DNA from: a candidate division WOR-3 bacterium
Lineage (GTDB): Bacteria; Hydrothermota; Tepidihabitantia; Tepidihabitantales; Tepidihabitantaceae
DNA length: 59,968 nt
Direction of reading: 5' to 3'
Assembly: GCA_965649165.1 (NCBI GenBank)
Contig: CBFGJT010000008.1
Coordinates: forward strand, 1 to 59,968
Below the pieces are notes generated by a model that did no database searches, was not told the DNA's origin, and was given only the letters and a program-made list of their open reading frames with translations. A program made the position numbers and the translations under genes. Each line of letters starts with the position of its first letter. Position 1 is the stretch's first letter. This document shows positions 58,880-59,968 of this stretch, in pieces.

Positions 58880-59933
58880 GGTTTTTCCCCTTTCGGTCAA
58901 ATTCCAGTAGGGGAGATGGTCTGGTAATTGGACCGCCAATCCGCCACTGGATAAGTTCCTCCTCAGCGCACGGTCGTGCCTTATAAATTTTCCCGTTAGC
59001 AGCCACTTTGACCAGTTGCTTCTCCGGATGGTCACAGTACCGGGCGCAGATCCGTGCTGCCAGCTCAATTTCTTTCTTTACCGGTTTTGTCCCCCGCAGA
59101 ATACACACCGGACCTACTGTTTCTACCGGTTTCAAAATCAGCTGGTCGGAATCGTTCAGGCTTTCTAGAATCCGGTTTTCTTCCTCATTCCGGCCGACAA
59201 TCAGCTTTGAGTTTCCAGGAAGGCGAAAATGGCGGCCGTAATTCAGCAGCCGGATATCAGTCAGAGTTTGAAATTCGTTTCTGTCAATAGCATCCCGGCA
59301 CCGGACGGCAAAATTGGTGTCGGTCAAGAGACAGCCACCTCCTGGAATGGGATAGTCAACGATTCCGAATTCGCGCGCCAACCGGATCTGCCGGCGCCGA
59401 TTCCGGCCGTGAAAGTCCAGCAGCCGTTCCCGGCGAATCAGTCCGGACAGTTCCGGGATTGTCGGTTCCAGCAGTTTTGCCGAGAGCGGACGCAGGATTC
59501 TACCTTCAAGCCCGGTGAGTTTTTCCAGCAATTTCAGGGAACGTTTGCTCTGAGAAAAGGGGCGCTGGCCCAGTACCTCACCGGTGAAAACGAAGTCAGC
59601 GCGGATTTCCTGCATCAGCAGCTTTGCCTGCTTCAGCATATATGCCATGCAGTCAATGCATGGGGCCATTTTGACAATGTAGCCGTGTTGAGGGTTGCGC
59701 ACGATTTCCAGATAATCTGCACCGGCATCAAAGGTCACGAGGGATACTCCCAGCAGTTTTGCCTGATTCTGCAACTGATCGTCAGTTGGGGTTCGGCTTG
59801 GAATCGCAAACGGCAGTTTGAAATGCAACGCCACGGCAGCTATTCCTTGTTCGGCGATGAGTTTGAATGCCAGGATGCTGTCCAGACTGCCGGCAAAAAG
59901 CCCTACCGCCTTGGAATTGCGGCTGTTAATCAT
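58851..59933 (-). CDS. ThiI/MnmA-like PP-loop tRNA thiolation protein with DUF814-like C-terminus
   Basis: AGSLDS PP-loop variant, PCIDC, TGEVLGQRP, LRPLSAK, GGGCLLTD, GRHFR, VGRNEEEN. Confidence 0.8.
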   Translation of the reverse strand: MINSRNSKAVGLFAGSLDSILAFKLIAEQGIAAVALHFKLPFAIPSRTPTDDQLQNQAKLLGVSLVTFDAGADYLEIVRNPQHGYIVKMAPCIDCMAYMLKQAKLLMQEIRADFVFTGEVLGQRPFSQSKRSLKLLEKLTGLEGRILRPLSAKLLEPTIPELSGLIRRERLLDFHGRNRRRQIRLAREFGIVDYPIPGGGCLLTDTNFAVRCRDAIDRNEFQTLTDIRLLNYGRHFRLPGNSKLIVGRNEEENRILESLNDSDQLILKPVETVGPVCILRGTKPVKKEIELAARICARYCDHPEKQLVKVAANGKIYKARPCAEEELIQWRIGGPITRPSPLLEFDRKGKNHDRRNPAAD

Positions 59934-59968
59934 AGCAGACCCTCTTTCCTAGTACTTATATTATAATA

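Overview
A compact, moderately GC-rich (roughly 55-60% by eye) chromosomal segment of a diderm, probably anaerobic bacterium. Evidence for this: lolE/lolD, lnt, a TonB-dependent receptor, selA, ppdK-pckA, and secreted proteins with T9SS/FlgD-like C-terminal tails. An FCB-related candidate lineage such as WOR-3 is my inference and is not established from the sequence. About 53 genuine CDSs are present, mostly housekeeping (alaS, lysS, trpS, der, uvrC, rtcB, ispD-dxr-rseP, purN, mltG, ruvX, mcsAB, polyamine enzymes), plus tRNA-Ala(CGC) and a 23S-5S rRNA unit with its own promoter and boxA and no linked 16S. I saw no transposase, prophage, CRISPR array or rRNA intron. The most notable items are: (1) a seven-gene, fully overlapping NikR-regulated metal-uptake operon headed by two small paralogous membrane proteins of unknown function, with a NikR-type operator over the -10 box; (2) pervasive leaderless architecture, with about 16 genes having a sigma70 -35/-10 pair only 6-9 nt before the start codon and no SD; (3) a small basic protein made of two tandem half-SWIB units next to the rRNA promoter; (4) a flipped U752-A2609 pair plus A2056/A2057 in the 23S exit tunnel; (5) a beta-propeller gene that appears to need a non-canonical start codon; (6) a secreted four-OB-fold protein coupled to an orphan solute-binding lipoprotein. 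All product calls come from motif recognition by eye; no database searches were run.
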